Part shown: piece by piece, positions 38,364 to 48,004 of the stretch | How positions within the stretch are numbered: position 1 is the stretch's first letter | Layout: each line of letters opens with the position of its first letter | Assembly: GCA_038230375.1 (NCBI GenBank) | Contig: JBBRNJ010000059.1 | Coordinates: 1-58,040 of the forward strand | DNA from: Polyangiales bacterium | GTDB taxonomy: Bacteria > Myxococcota_A > Polyangia > Polyangiales > Polyangiaceae | DNA length: 58,040 nt | Direction of reading: 5' to 3' | Program-made: the position numbers and the translations under genes | Notes under the pieces: generated by a model | The model's database searches: none | The model's input: only the letters and a program-made list of their open reading frames with translations | Told to the model about the DNA's origin: nothing

Positions 38364-40070
38364 TCAGTGGCGCGCGCGAAGGAAGAGGAACACTGCGGTT
38401 GCGATCAGGAGGACGACGAACCCGGCACCGCCCACGATGATGAAGACGAGCGGGTTCAGCTTGGTGGGCACGGGCATGGGTGCGACCGGTGCGACCGGTG
38501 CCATGGGCGCCTGGGCTTGCTGTGCGCCCATGTTCATCAGTGGTTGAGACATGTACGGCGCTCGCATTGGCGGCGGCCCTCCAGGCTGGGCCCATGAGCC
38601 GGACGAGTGCGGGCCGTGGGCAGCGGGGATCTGATTGGCGCTGTGGAAGGAAGGGGCCGGGGTGCGCTGAGAGGGCGGCGCGACATCGGGGATGGAGGCC
38701 ACACGCATGCGCTGCTGGGACGAATGCTGCGCGCCATGTTGCGGCATGGCAGTGGTGGCCGCTTGGATGGGTTGTGGCGCAGGATCGTGCACGTGCACTG
38801 TGAGGGGCGCGGCGGCCGGCGAGGGCGCGGGGATCTGCAGGCGAGGATCCGACGCGTACGGCGAGGCCTGTGTGAAGAGCGTTCGATCGCGATCGCTGTC
38901 GGGCGGGCCGTCCTCGTCGACCGACCCGAAGGGCGAGGCGGGTGTGGCGCGATCGGTGGCCTCGGCGGCGACCGGCACCATCGGTGTTGCCGTGCTGCTC
39001 GGCGCCAGCATCGTGCGATCACTGTCGGGCTCGTCCTCGAGCTTTCCATCGACGGCGATCACGGTGCGATCCGGATCACCCTTGTTTCGCAGAGCATCCA
39101 CGAGCTCGGCCTTCGCCATCACCGTGCGCTCGGGATCGCCCGCGCCGGGACCCGGACCTTCACCGCCGGTAGCGTCGGGATCCTCTCCTGCGATGCGACG
39201 GAGCGCGATGTGTGCGCGGACGGTTCCGAAGGGCGCGATGCGACTCGCGAGCTCGCCCACGGAGCCGGTCCGATGCTCGCGATCACGCACGAGGCATGCA
39301 GCGACGGCGTCGTCCAGCTCCGGAGGACAATCGGGCCGCCGTGAACGGATCGTGGGGATCTCTCCGCTGATGATCGACATGAAGATCTGCGCGAACGACT
39401 CGCCCGCGAACGGAGAATGACCGCCTAGGATCTCGTGCAGTACCACCGCGAGCGACCACACGTCCGTGCGCGGGTCCACGAGCTTGGAGCTCTTGAGCTG
39501 CTCCGGGGACATGTACGCCGGTGAGCCCATCACGGACGACGTACGCGTGAGGCTCGGGCTGCCCATTGTCGGTGGCGCCTTCGAGATGCCAAAGTCCAGG
39601 AGCTTGGCCGTGATGGAGCCGTCCGGCCGCTGCGCAAGGAAGATGTTGGCGGTCTTGATGTCGCGGTGAACGATCTGCTCTGCATGCGCCTTGGTGAGGG
39701 CGTCCGCGATCTCGATCACCACGTCGACAGCCTCAGGAATGGGCAGCGTGCCGCGACGCTCGAGCGACTGCTCGAGGTCCTCGCCCTCCATCAGCTCCAT
39801 CGCGATGTAAGGCAACCCCTGCCAGAACCCCGAGTCGCGCGGGCGCGCAACGTGCGGACTATGAATGCGAGTGGCGAGCCGCGCCTCGTTCATGAAGCGC
39901 TGACGCACCTCGTCCGTTGCCTCGCCCACGTCGAGCATCACCTTCAGCGCGACCCTGTCACCCAGAAGGCGATGGCGGGCCGCGAAGACGGTTCCCATCC
40001 CGCCCTGGCCAAGCTGGCGCTCGAGTAAGTATTTGTCGTCGATGAGCTCGCCGACTTTGGGCGGTTCCAC
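38364..40070 (-). CDS. Ser/Thr protein kinase with C-terminal TM
   Basis: GQGGMG, HRDIKTAN, DFGISK, GSPAYMSPE. Confidence 0.95.
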   Translation of the reverse strand: MEPPKVGELIDDKYLLERQLGQGGMGTVFAARHRLLGDRVALKVMLDVGEATDEVRQRFMNEARLATRIHSPHVARPRDSGFWQGLPYIAMELMEGEDLEQSLERRGTLPIPEAVDVVIEIADALTKAHAEQIVHRDIKTANIFLAQRPDGSITAKLLDFGISKAPPTMGSPSLTRTSSVMGSPAYMSPEQLKSSKLVDPRTDVWSLAVVLHEILGGHSPFAGESFAQIFMSIISGEIPTIRSRRPDCPPELDDAVAACLVRDREHRTGSVGELASRIAPFGTVRAHIALRRIAGEDPDATGGEGPGPGAGDPERTVMAKAELVDALRNKGDPDRTVIAVDGKLEDEPDSDRTMLAPSSTATPMVPVAAEATDRATPASPFGSVDEDGPPDSDRDRTLFTQASPYASDPRLQIPAPSPAAAPLTVHVHDPAPQPIQAATTAMPQHGAQHSSQQRMRVASIPDVAPPSQRTPAPSFHSANQIPAAHGPHSSGSWAQPGGPPPMRAPYMSQPLMNMGAQQAQAPMAPVAPVAPMPVPTKLNPLVFIIVGGAGFVVLLIATAVFLFLRARH

Positions 40071-40083
40071 TCGCGCGAGGCTA

Positions 40084-41622
40084 TCACGGAGTGACGAGGG
40101 GGTGGGCCGTTCCGCCTGCCGCTGCGGGCGGGGGCGACTTCGGACGCGCGATTCCCAGGTCCGGATCCCAGGTGCGGAGCTCGGCCTGCGCTCCTTCCGC
40201 GCTCATGCGGATCACCACATGCGTCCGCGCGGCACGCTCCGGCGCCGCCATCGGCTCCGCGTCGGGCAGTGGCTCTTCTTCGGCCCAGGAGCCAAGGTTG
40301 ATGTACGTCGAGTCGCCCGCGGGCGACTCGGTCGGGACGTGCGTGTGTCCCATCACGACGAACGCAGCTGGAAACAAGCGTGAGAGCTGTACGGCGCGCT
40401 CTGCGAGGGTCGTCGTGGGGTCCACCTTGCGTTGCTTCGAGAGATGACGATGCGCAAGCACCCACGTGCCCAGGACCACGGCCACCGCGAACAGGATCGG
40501 CGGCTTCCAGAACGCGGCGATGCCCACCACACAGAGCGCCATGACCGCCGCACACGCGAGCGCCGCGCGATCGAGCAGGAGGCTTGCCATGATGCCGGAC
40601 ACCGAATGCGCGATGGGCCGGGCCTGGAGGCCGAGCAGGGCTGCCAGCCGCTCTTTTCCTCCGCGCGTCACGTCTGCGAGCTGCGCGACACGGCGCTCGT
40701 GCTCCGTGCGCAGCGCCTTCGAAGCGAGCGAGAGATGCTCGCGCCGCAGACCGAAGAGCGCGCTGATGGCGCGAACGAAGCGCATTCCCAGGCGCGCCAT
40801 GCCCGAGATGCCAAGCCGCGCACCGAAGGCCACGTAGTGAGCCATGCCGAACGCGTCGTGCCCGTGCTCCGTCATGCCGCGCGTCGGCCGCACCACGAAG
40901 CGCAGCAGGACCTCCGAGAAGCCGCGCGCCACGCGGCGCGGATCGAGGGGCGAGAGAGGTGCCATCACGTGCTCGGTCGCGCAGAACGGATCGTACTGGT
41001 GGCCGTGCTCGATATACGCAACGCCGTCACGATAGAAGAACCAGGGCTGGAACTCGATGCGGGCAAGGAATGCGTCACGCTCGACGGCGCCGCTCGCCTC
41101 TGCGTGGCGAAGAAGGACGTCGCGGAGGTCCTGCTTCACACCATCCCAGTGAAGCTCGATGTCGTGATTGCCGTGGATGAGCGTGAGCGCGTGCCCGTCG
41201 TTCACGAACGCAGCGAGCTCGCGGAACACGTCCTCGTGGCGTGCGGCCACCCGCCGGAGCTTCTCGCGGGAGTGCTCCTCTGCACCGCCCAGGCCATGGA
41301 GCTGCTCCTCGGCGGTGAGCTGCAAGGACATGGGTCCAACGCTCTTGATGCTCATGCCGATGAAGTCGATGAAGTCGCCAGCGATCACCACGCGCCAGCG
41401 GCCGCGCGGGAGCTGCTCCTTCCGGTAGTGCGAGAGCAGCGCGACCAGATCCTGGTCGACGGACGTACGGCGCAGCGATGGCGTGCCGCAGTCGTTGATG
41501 TCGCTGCCGAGATGCACGTCCGAGAAGATCAGCAAGCTCTCTTCGACGGCGGAGGAAACAGAGGCTGAAGAGGAAGAATCGTCCACACTGTCATGGTGGT
41601 GGCTCACGCGCCCGTCGGCCAT
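40084..41622 (-). CDS. Calcineurin-like metallophosphoesterase with internal TM pair
   Basis: SDVHLG, GDFID, GNHD, EHGHQYD, GHTH, YINLGSW. Confidence 0.88.
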   Translation of the reverse strand: MADGRVSHHHDSVDDSSSSASVSSAVEESLLIFSDVHLGSDINDCGTPSLRRTSVDQDLVALLSHYRKEQLPRGRWRVVIAGDFIDFIGMSIKSVGPMSLQLTAEEQLHGLGGAEEHSREKLRRVAARHEDVFRELAAFVNDGHALTLIHGNHDIELHWDGVKQDLRDVLLRHAEASGAVERDAFLARIEFQPWFFYRDGVAYIEHGHQYDPFCATEHVMAPLSPLDPRRVARGFSEVLLRFVVRPTRGMTEHGHDAFGMAHYVAFGARLGISGMARLGMRFVRAISALFGLRREHLSLASKALRTEHERRVAQLADVTRGGKERLAALLGLQARPIAHSVSGIMASLLLDRAALACAAVMALCVVGIAAFWKPPILFAVAVVLGTWVLAHRHLSKQRKVDPTTTLAERAVQLSRLFPAAFVVMGHTHVPTESPAGDSTYINLGSWAEEEPLPDAEPMAAPERAARTHVVIRMSAEGAQAELRTWDPDLGIARPKSPPPAAAGGTAHPLVTP

Positions 41623-41702
41623 CAGCGTTCCGTCACGACGAAGGTGCGGGCGGCCGGAGATGCCGGTTGCGGGCGTCCGTCAGTCCAGCTAGCCCTTAAT
41701 GA

Positions 41703-43547
41703 ATGGGGACAGCGTTCGCGAAGTGGAGCTTCGTCGGGGTCATCGGTGCGCTCGGGATCGTGGCCTGCTCCGGCGGCTCGACCGACAACGGCAGCGGCGG
41801 CGGGGACGACGCGGGCGCGGGTCCGACGGTGGATGGCGGCAACTGCGGACGTCTCACCACGCCCTGCGTCACGGGCGCCGGTTGCAAGACCACACAGGAC
41901 TGCCAGAAGGGCGATGTGTGCGGCGGCGGCGTGTGCGCCACGCCCGCGGCCTCCTGCATGAACAGCAGCAAGGACGGCGACGAGACCGACGTGGACTGCG
42001 GTGGCTCATGCCTCCCATGCGCCGATGGAAAGGGGTGCGTCGCGCCGGCTGACTGCACGAATGCCAACTGCGCCGGCGGCAGCTGCGCCGCTCCGTCCTG
42101 CACGGACAAGATCCAGAACGGCACGGAGACCGGCCTGGACTGCGGCGGCACGTGCGCGACCAAGTGCGCGGATGGCGGCGGCTGCAAGACCGGCGCGGAC
42201 TGCACGAACGGCTCGTGCGGCCCCATGAACACCTGCCTTCCGCCGTCGTGCACCGACAAGGCGAAGAACGGCACGGAGACCGGCGTCGACTGCGGCGGCA
42301 CGTGCGCGACCAAGTGTGAGCCCGGCTCGGGCTGCCTCACGGATATGGACTGCAACAACGTGAAGTGCGACACGGTGAAGAAGCTGTGCGCGCCGCCCTC
42401 CGCCACGGACGGCTTCAAGAACGGAACCGAGACCGATGTGGACTGCGGTGGCACCGCGCCCACCAACGCGCCCAAATGCATCGTGGGCAAGGGCTGCAAG
42501 CTGGACGGTGACTGCACCGTCGCCTGCAACTACGCCGGCAAGTGCGTGGAGGCGCAGTCGTGCAAGGGACAGCACGGCGGCGACACGTGCGGCCCTGCCG
42601 CCACGACGGAGAGCTGCTGCATCTCCCTTCCAGCTGCTGGACTTCCCGCGGGCACCATCAACGGCGTGGCGGTGACCACCACCACCATCGACAAGCACAA
42701 CATCACGGCGGGTCGCATGCGTGCGTTCGTGACCGCCACGAATGGCGACCTGAAGACGTGGATCATGACCCACACCCCCGCGTGGTGGAACGCGGGCTGG
42801 ACGACCTACTTGCCCGGGACCCTCGACAACGGCAGCTATGGCTCTCCCGCGGCTGGAAGCAGCCTCACGGAGTGGTTCGGGCCATACGTGAACGGCGCCG
42901 CGGGCGGCGCGAACGAGGGCTGTCAGATCAAGGCGCCCGGCGCGCGCACCTACCGCCTGCCAGACGCCGCGAACACCGGCTTCGGCGACCCGCAGTACTA
43001 CACGCAGGCCTTCGACGACGAGCGCGCCATGAACTGCGTGACGGCCTACATCCTCGCTGCGTTCTGCGCGTGGGACGGCGGACACCTGCCAACGCGCCAG
43101 CAGGTCGACTACCTCTGGACGGGCGCGCTCCCGTGGGGCGCTACGCCGGCTGCCGGTTACAACGCCGCCAACCCGACGGACCCGAAGGGTACGTTCGGCA
43201 CCGCTGCGTACACCAACGGCACCACAAAGGCCGCCCCCATCCCGATCGCAGACCTGTCCTGGGCGAACTACAACTACAACTACTGGGGCGGCGCGAGCAT
43301 CATCAACACCGACTACTCGATCTACATCGCGCCACCGGGCCGCTTCCCCGCTGGCAACGGCAAGTACGGACACTCCGACCTTGGCGGCAGCGTGTTCAAC
43401 GCGACCGACATCAACGGCCCGAACGTCTACTGGTCACGCAGCGGCTCGTGGCAGGGACACGGCATTCCCTTCACTGCCGTCAACGCGAACATCAACCCGC
43501 CCGCGACGAACAAGTACTGGGCGATGGGTGGCCGCTGCGCGCGGTAG
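41703..43547 (+). CDS. Cys-rich lipoprotein with four ETx(V/L)DCGG repeats and an FGE-sulfatase-like C-terminal domain
   Basis: IVAC lipobox, MNCVT, AFCAWDGGHLPT, PWG, GHSDLGG, GGRCAR. Confidence 0.8.
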   Translation: MGTAFAKWSFVGVIGALGIVACSGGSTDNGSGGGDDAGAGPTVDGGNCGRLTTPCVTGAGCKTTQDCQKGDVCGGGVCATPAASCMNSSKDGDETDVDCGGSCLPCADGKGCVAPADCTNANCAGGSCAAPSCTDKIQNGTETGLDCGGTCATKCADGGGCKTGADCTNGSCGPMNTCLPPSCTDKAKNGTETGVDCGGTCATKCEPGSGCLTDMDCNNVKCDTVKKLCAPPSATDGFKNGTETDVDCGGTAPTNAPKCIVGKGCKLDGDCTVACNYAGKCVEAQSCKGQHGGDTCGPAATTESCCISLPAAGLPAGTINGVAVTTTTIDKHNITAGRMRAFVTATNGDLKTWIMTHTPAWWNAGWTTYLPGTLDNGSYGSPAAGSSLTEWFGPYVNGAAGGANEGCQIKAPGARTYRLPDAANTGFGDPQYYTQAFDDERAMNCVTAYILAAFCAWDGGHLPTRQQVDYLWTGALPWGATPAAGYNAANPTDPKGTFGTAAYTNGTTKAAPIPIADLSWANYNYNYWGGASIINTDYSIYIAPPGRFPAGNGKYGHSDLGGSVFNATDINGPNVYWSRSGSWQGHGIPFTAVNANINPPATNKYWAMGGRCAR

Positions 43548-43653
43548 ACCGGCCTCGGCGAGCCTCCTGACGGCTGGATGAACCTTCCTTCACTCCCGGA
43601 AGGATCCTGCGTCCACGTCCGTCCTACGGACAGGCCCAGAAGGAGGCTTCTTC

Positions 43654-43863
43654 ATGCATCGCCTTTCGCTTTTGCTCACGTTGGTGCTCGTTGCCATGGT
43701 CGGGAGCAGCGCAGCTGGATGCGCTCCCGTGTACGCCGGTCCGCCCCGATACGAGATGGTGGCCGTGGGCTCACCGGGCCCGGGCTTTGTGTGGGAGCCG
43801 GGCCACTGGGTGCACTACCGCCGCGGCAACCTCTGGGTGCGTGGGCACTGGCGACGCTACTGA
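43654..43863 (+). CDS. YXWGXW/WXXGXW repeat small lipoprotein
   Basis: AAGC, PGPGFVWEPGHW, WVRGHW, AGGAGG RBS. Confidence 0.8.
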   Translation: MHRLSLLLTLVLVAMVGSSAAGCAPVYAGPPRYEMVAVGSPGPGFVWEPGHWVHYRRGNLWVRGHWRRY

Positions 43864-43867
43864 CACG

Positions 43868-45109
43868 CTATTTGATGGGCTTCAGGATCGTGCGCATCTC
43901 GACGGTGTTGTCGTCGTCGTGGACGTCGCGCTTGGGCGGGCGTTCGGAGGGCGTCTCCACGTCGATCGGGATCTCTTCGATCGTGCTGAGCTTCCTTCGC
44001 ACGGGCGGAATGGGGTCGAGGCGGCTCGTCTGATCCGCGGTGGTCGCGGCGATCGCGGCGACCTCCTCTTCCGCGTGCAACGTGGGCGCCAGATCGCGCA
44101 TCCTTGACGGCGCGCCCACGGGCGTGAGCGTGGGCGCGGTCTCTGGCTTCAGGTCCCCGTGGACCTCCTGCCGTGAGCTCTCCTCCAGGAACTCGATGAG
44201 CTCTGCGAGGCGCGTGGTGTTCTCCATCCAGGTGAGCAGCGCATTGCGAAAGACGTCTGCGCTCTGGAAGCGTGACTGTGCCTTCAGCGCCGTCGCGCGG
44301 TCGACGATCGCGGCGAACCCGGTGTCGATGCCGGGCATCGCCTCCCCGAGCTTCACCGCGCGCCCCTCGCGCAGGTGAATGAGCATCTCGAAGACGGTGT
44401 TCGCCTTGAACGGCAACGTGCCGGTCACGCACCGGTACATGATGATGCCCGTGGAGTAGATGTCGGCGCGGGCGTCCAGCTGGTGCGAGCCGCCGTCGAA
44501 GCACTCGGGCGCCATGTAGGGCACGGTCCCGAACAGGTTGCCCGCGCTGGTCTTCAGCTCCGGTACGCCAGCCGCTCCCTTCGGCGAGACCATCTTGCAC
44601 GCGCCGAAGTCGAAGATCTTCACGAAGTCCGCGGCGCGCGCGCTGGGCACCAGGAAGATGTTGTGTGGCTTCAGGTCACGGTGGATGATCCCCGCCGCAT
44701 GCACGCGCGACAGGCCGTCCAGCAGCTGGACGCCGATGGCCGCGGTCTCCTCGGGCGCGAGCCACCGACGCGTCTTGAGGCGTGAGTAGAGGCTCTCGCC
44801 GTCCAGGAACTCCATCACCATGTAGCGGTGACCGTTCGGGAGGTCGCCGCTGTCGACGAGGCCTACGACGTGCGCGGAGTCCACGCTGGCGGCTGCGGCG
44901 GCCTCGCGCTCGAAGCGGAGGACCAGATCACGCTCCGCGGTCAGGTGTGCGCGCATCACCTTGATGGCCACGCGTGCGCCGGTCTGGAGACTCTGACCCT
45001 CGAAGACGATTCCCATGCCGCCTTCGCCGTGGCGGCGGAGGACCTGGTACTTCCGTTCGATGACTTCCCCGAGCTGCAGCACGTCGAGCCTTCCCGAGGA
45101 AGCGTACAT
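43868..45109 (-). CDS. Ser/Thr protein kinase
   Basis: GEGGMG, VAIK, HRDLKPHN, DFG, GTVPYMAPE. Confidence 0.93.
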   Translation of the reverse strand: MYASSGRLDVLQLGEVIERKYQVLRRHGEGGMGIVFEGQSLQTGARVAIKVMRAHLTAERDLVLRFEREAAAAASVDSAHVVGLVDSGDLPNGHRYMVMEFLDGESLYSRLKTRRWLAPEETAAIGVQLLDGLSRVHAAGIIHRDLKPHNIFLVPSARAADFVKIFDFGACKMVSPKGAAGVPELKTSAGNLFGTVPYMAPECFDGGSHQLDARADIYSTGIIMYRCVTGTLPFKANTVFEMLIHLREGRAVKLGEAMPGIDTGFAAIVDRATALKAQSRFQSADVFRNALLTWMENTTRLAELIEFLEESSRQEVHGDLKPETAPTLTPVGAPSRMRDLAPTLHAEEEVAAIAATTADQTSRLDPIPPVRRKLSTIEEIPIDVETPSERPPKRDVHDDDNTVEMRTILKPIK

Positions 45110-45118
45110 GCAGGTCCG

Positions 45119-45715
45119 TCAAAAGGCCGAGAAATAGAAGCCCGGACCAAGGGTGACGGCCAGGAAGAGCTCGCTCGGTTGGTCGGTTACCCTGATGTCG
45201 TATTGCGCGCTCGCACGGAGCACGAGCGTGTACCCGACTGTGGTGCGGAGCGCCTCCAACTGCTCGCGATAAACGAGGAACATCAGGCCGAGATCCGCCT
45301 GAGGAGAGAGGACGCTGAACGAAAAGTCGCGGCCGCCAAAGCTGCCCGGCCTGCCGTCTGCAAGGCCGAGCGCGAGCGGCCTGACGCCCAGCCCAGCGAA
45401 CGGGACAACACGACCGCCGAGGGGGCGTGTAGAGGCCTCGACGGCGATGCTCGGCGCTGCCTCCGTGACGCGCTCTGCGATGAAGAAATGCGAGCCGAGC
45501 GTCAGCGCAACGGGGCTCTCCGGACCGCCCAGCCTGCCCATGCCGCCGACAAAGTCGAATGCACCGCCCGTTCTTCCGTCGCTCTTCGTGGCGGACGTGG
45601 ACGCGCCCACAGCCGCGTACTCATAGACGACGCAACCGGAGGTGAGGGAGGCGAGGGACGCGAAGGAGGCGACCAACGCCGTTGCCCGGAGACTGACGCA
45701 CGCACCGCGGTACAT
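45119..45715 (-). CDS. Hypothetical exported protein, possibly a small outer-membrane beta-barrel
   Basis: Signal/lipobox-like start, alternating hydrophobic strands, terminal F. Confidence 0.55.
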   Translation of the reverse strand: MYRGACVSLRATALVASFASLASLTSGCVVYEYAAVGASTSATKSDGRTGGAFDFVGGMGRLGGPESPVALTLGSHFFIAERVTEAAPSIAVEASTRPLGGRVVPFAGLGVRPLALGLADGRPGSFGGRDFSFSVLSPQADLGLMFLVYREQLEALRTTVGYTLVLRASAQYDIRVTDQPSELFLAVTLGPGFYFSAF

Positions 45716-45803
45716 GTCATCCTTCGACGAGGCGGGCGACCGGAAGATTCAGACGGTCCGCCGCGCTGGACTTCGCGGCTGCTTCGATGTTCCCTGGGGC
45801 ACC

Positions 45804-47114
45804 ATGGGGGAAGCGAGAGCCGAGACGCAGACGCTGAGGACCGTCACGAGCGTGCTCTCTCGCATTCACGAGGCGAGTGTGACGCTCGGCGCGAAGACCG
45901 ACGCTCCCGGCGAAGCAGCGCGCGCCGACACTCTGATTGCGCCGACCGAGCGGGCGCCCGCAACACCAGCCCCAGCGGCACCAGCGGGCGCGGCGGACGC
46001 GCGCTACGAGAGCCTCGGCGTGCTGGGCGAAGGCGGGATGGGTCGCGTGGAGCACGTTCGCGATCGCGATCTCCTGCGGGAAGTAGCGGTGAAGACGCTG
46101 CTTCCCGAGCTTCTCAGCGATCCGCGGCTCCTCCAGCAATTTCTTTGGGAGGCGCGCGTCACGGCGTACCTCGATCACCCGAACATCGTGCCGGTCCACG
46201 ACCTGGGCGTCACGCCCGAGGGCAGCCTCTACTTCACGATGAAGCTGGTAAAGGGCACGACACTCGAGGTCGACCTCGCGCGCATCAAGAAGAGCGACGC
46301 GACCGATGACCGAGCGAGCGGCCTCAATCGACGGCTGCGCCTGTTCCTGCAGCTCTGCAACGCAATTTCGTTCGCGCATGCGCGCGGCGTCCTGCATCGC
46401 GATCTCAAGCCGGCGAACGTGATGGTGGGTGAGTTCGGCGAGGTGCTCGTCACTGACTGGGGCATTGCGATGCCGCTGCCAGACGACTCTGGCGCGGCGC
46501 TCCGCGAGTTCTTGCCCGGGGACCTGTCCGTTCTCGGCAAGAGCGCGGGGACGCCGATGTACATGTCTCCGGAGCAGGCGAGAGGCGAAGCTCTCGACGC
46601 GCGCTCGGACCTCTACACGCTTGGCGTCATCCTCTATGAGCTGGTCGCGCTGCAGCCAGCGTTCGAAGGCACCAGCGTGTCAGCGATCCTGGAGCGCGTC
46701 ACGGCGGGCGACGCCGTGCCACTCCAGAGTGTTTGCCCCAGAGCAACGACGGCGATCGCGGCGGTGGTCGCGAAGGCCATGGCCACCGATCCTGCTGCCC
46801 GATACCCCACGGCACGCGCGCTGGCCGACGAAGTGGAGACCGTGCTGGACGGACGCACCCCGAAGGCCGACAACGCGCCGCTGGTGAAGCAACTGGCGCG
46901 CTTCTACATCGCGCGGGATCCAGGCATGTCGCGGATGCGGGTGGTCGACATCGACCTCTGGATGGTCGCGTGCCATTTCTTCGGCGCGGGGATCGGCCTC
47001 TTCGTCGCGCTGTTCGTGCCCATCTCGCCGTGGTGGTGGGCCTTCTTGATCGGGGGCGCGCTCATCATGGTTCGGCCCACCGTGCGTTGGTGGCGGCTCC
47101 GGAAGAATACCTAG
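45804..47114 (+). CDS. Ser/Thr protein kinase with two C-terminal TMs
   Basis: GEGGMG, HRDLKPAN, DWG, GTPMYMSPEQ. Confidence 0.93.
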   Translation: MGEARAETQTLRTVTSVLSRIHEASVTLGAKTDAPGEAARADTLIAPTERAPATPAPAAPAGAADARYESLGVLGEGGMGRVEHVRDRDLLREVAVKTLLPELLSDPRLLQQFLWEARVTAYLDHPNIVPVHDLGVTPEGSLYFTMKLVKGTTLEVDLARIKKSDATDDRASGLNRRLRLFLQLCNAISFAHARGVLHRDLKPANVMVGEFGEVLVTDWGIAMPLPDDSGAALREFLPGDLSVLGKSAGTPMYMSPEQARGEALDARSDLYTLGVILYELVALQPAFEGTSVSAILERVTAGDAVPLQSVCPRATTAIAAVVAKAMATDPAARYPTARALADEVETVLDGRTPKADNAPLVKQLARFYIARDPGMSRMRVVDIDLWMVACHFFGAGIGLFVALFVPISPWWWAFLIGGALIMVRPTVRWWRLRKNT

Positions 47115-47115
47115 C

Positions 47116-47946
47116 TCACTCGATGCGGCCGAGCGCGACGATGCAGCTGTGGTTGCGCGCCTTCTTGCCGTTGGACCAGCGGTAGCCAACGGCCGCGCCC
47201 GACTCGTTGATGACAAGGTGGATCGTGCCGATGCCGACGCCCGTCGCCTTGCTTGCGAAGCGTGAGTCGTCGGCGCCGTGGCGCATGGAGGTGGAGTCGA
47301 TGATGGGCACGGACACTTCACCGTGCTCGACGCTCACGGGCGCACGCACGATCATGACGTGGCCGGTGTTGTTGCTGGTGACGTCCGCCGGCTTGAGCCA
47401 TGCGACGACATCACCAGGGGCGAGCTCCGCTGGCTTGCCTACGCGCTTCCAGCGGCCCTTCTTCTGTCCGGGCTGCATGCCGTCGATGAGCTCCACGAAA
47501 TGCTTCGCGAGCGGCCTCTTTCCGGCGCCGTTGCGCGGGAGCGTGTCGAGCGCGTCAGGGCACACGCGTGCGAGCGCGTAGTCGATGAGACCAGAGCAGT
47601 CGAGGTCGTACTCGGCGGCGGCCTCGTCCACGCGGGTCTTGTGCGAGTAGGTAGACTCGCGAAGGCGACCGACGATGCGGTTCGCCTCGGAGAGCAGCGC
47701 TGCGCCACCCGCGCCTGGCGGTGCGACCGCCGTGGATTTCGGCAGGTCTCCGTCGTCACCTTCGGTGCCTGACTCGTGCGCCGTGTCGTCGTCGCCTGCG
47801 GAGATCGACACCTGCTCCACGGGCTTCGGTGGTGGGTCCGACTTGCACGCGGAGAGAGTGAGGGTGACGGCGATGGCAACGAGTACGGGGAGGGAAAGCG
47901 GGAGGGACAGGCCCGTGCGCCCAGGGTACATCATCGACGAGATCAT
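47116..47946 (-). CDS. NlpC/P60-superfamily-like lipoprotein
   Basis: LSAC lipobox, DCSGL, LAPGDVVAW, TGHVMI (Cys/His dyad). Confidence 0.7.
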   Translation of the reverse strand: MISSMMYPGRTGLSLPLSLPVLVAIAVTLTLSACKSDPPPKPVEQVSISAGDDDTAHESGTEGDDGDLPKSTAVAPPGAGGAALLSEANRIVGRLRESTYSHKTRVDEAAAEYDLDCSGLIDYALARVCPDALDTLPRNGAGKRPLAKHFVELIDGMQPGQKKGRWKRVGKPAELAPGDVVAWLKPADVTSNNTGHVMIVRAPVSVEHGEVSVPIIDSTSMRHGADDSRFASKATGVGIGTIHLVINESGAAVGYRWSNGKKARNHSCIVALGRIE

Positions 47947-48004
47947 ACACCTGCACGGGAAACCTTGGCGGGGCTGCGAAGGTGAGCGACACTAGCGACC
48001 GACG

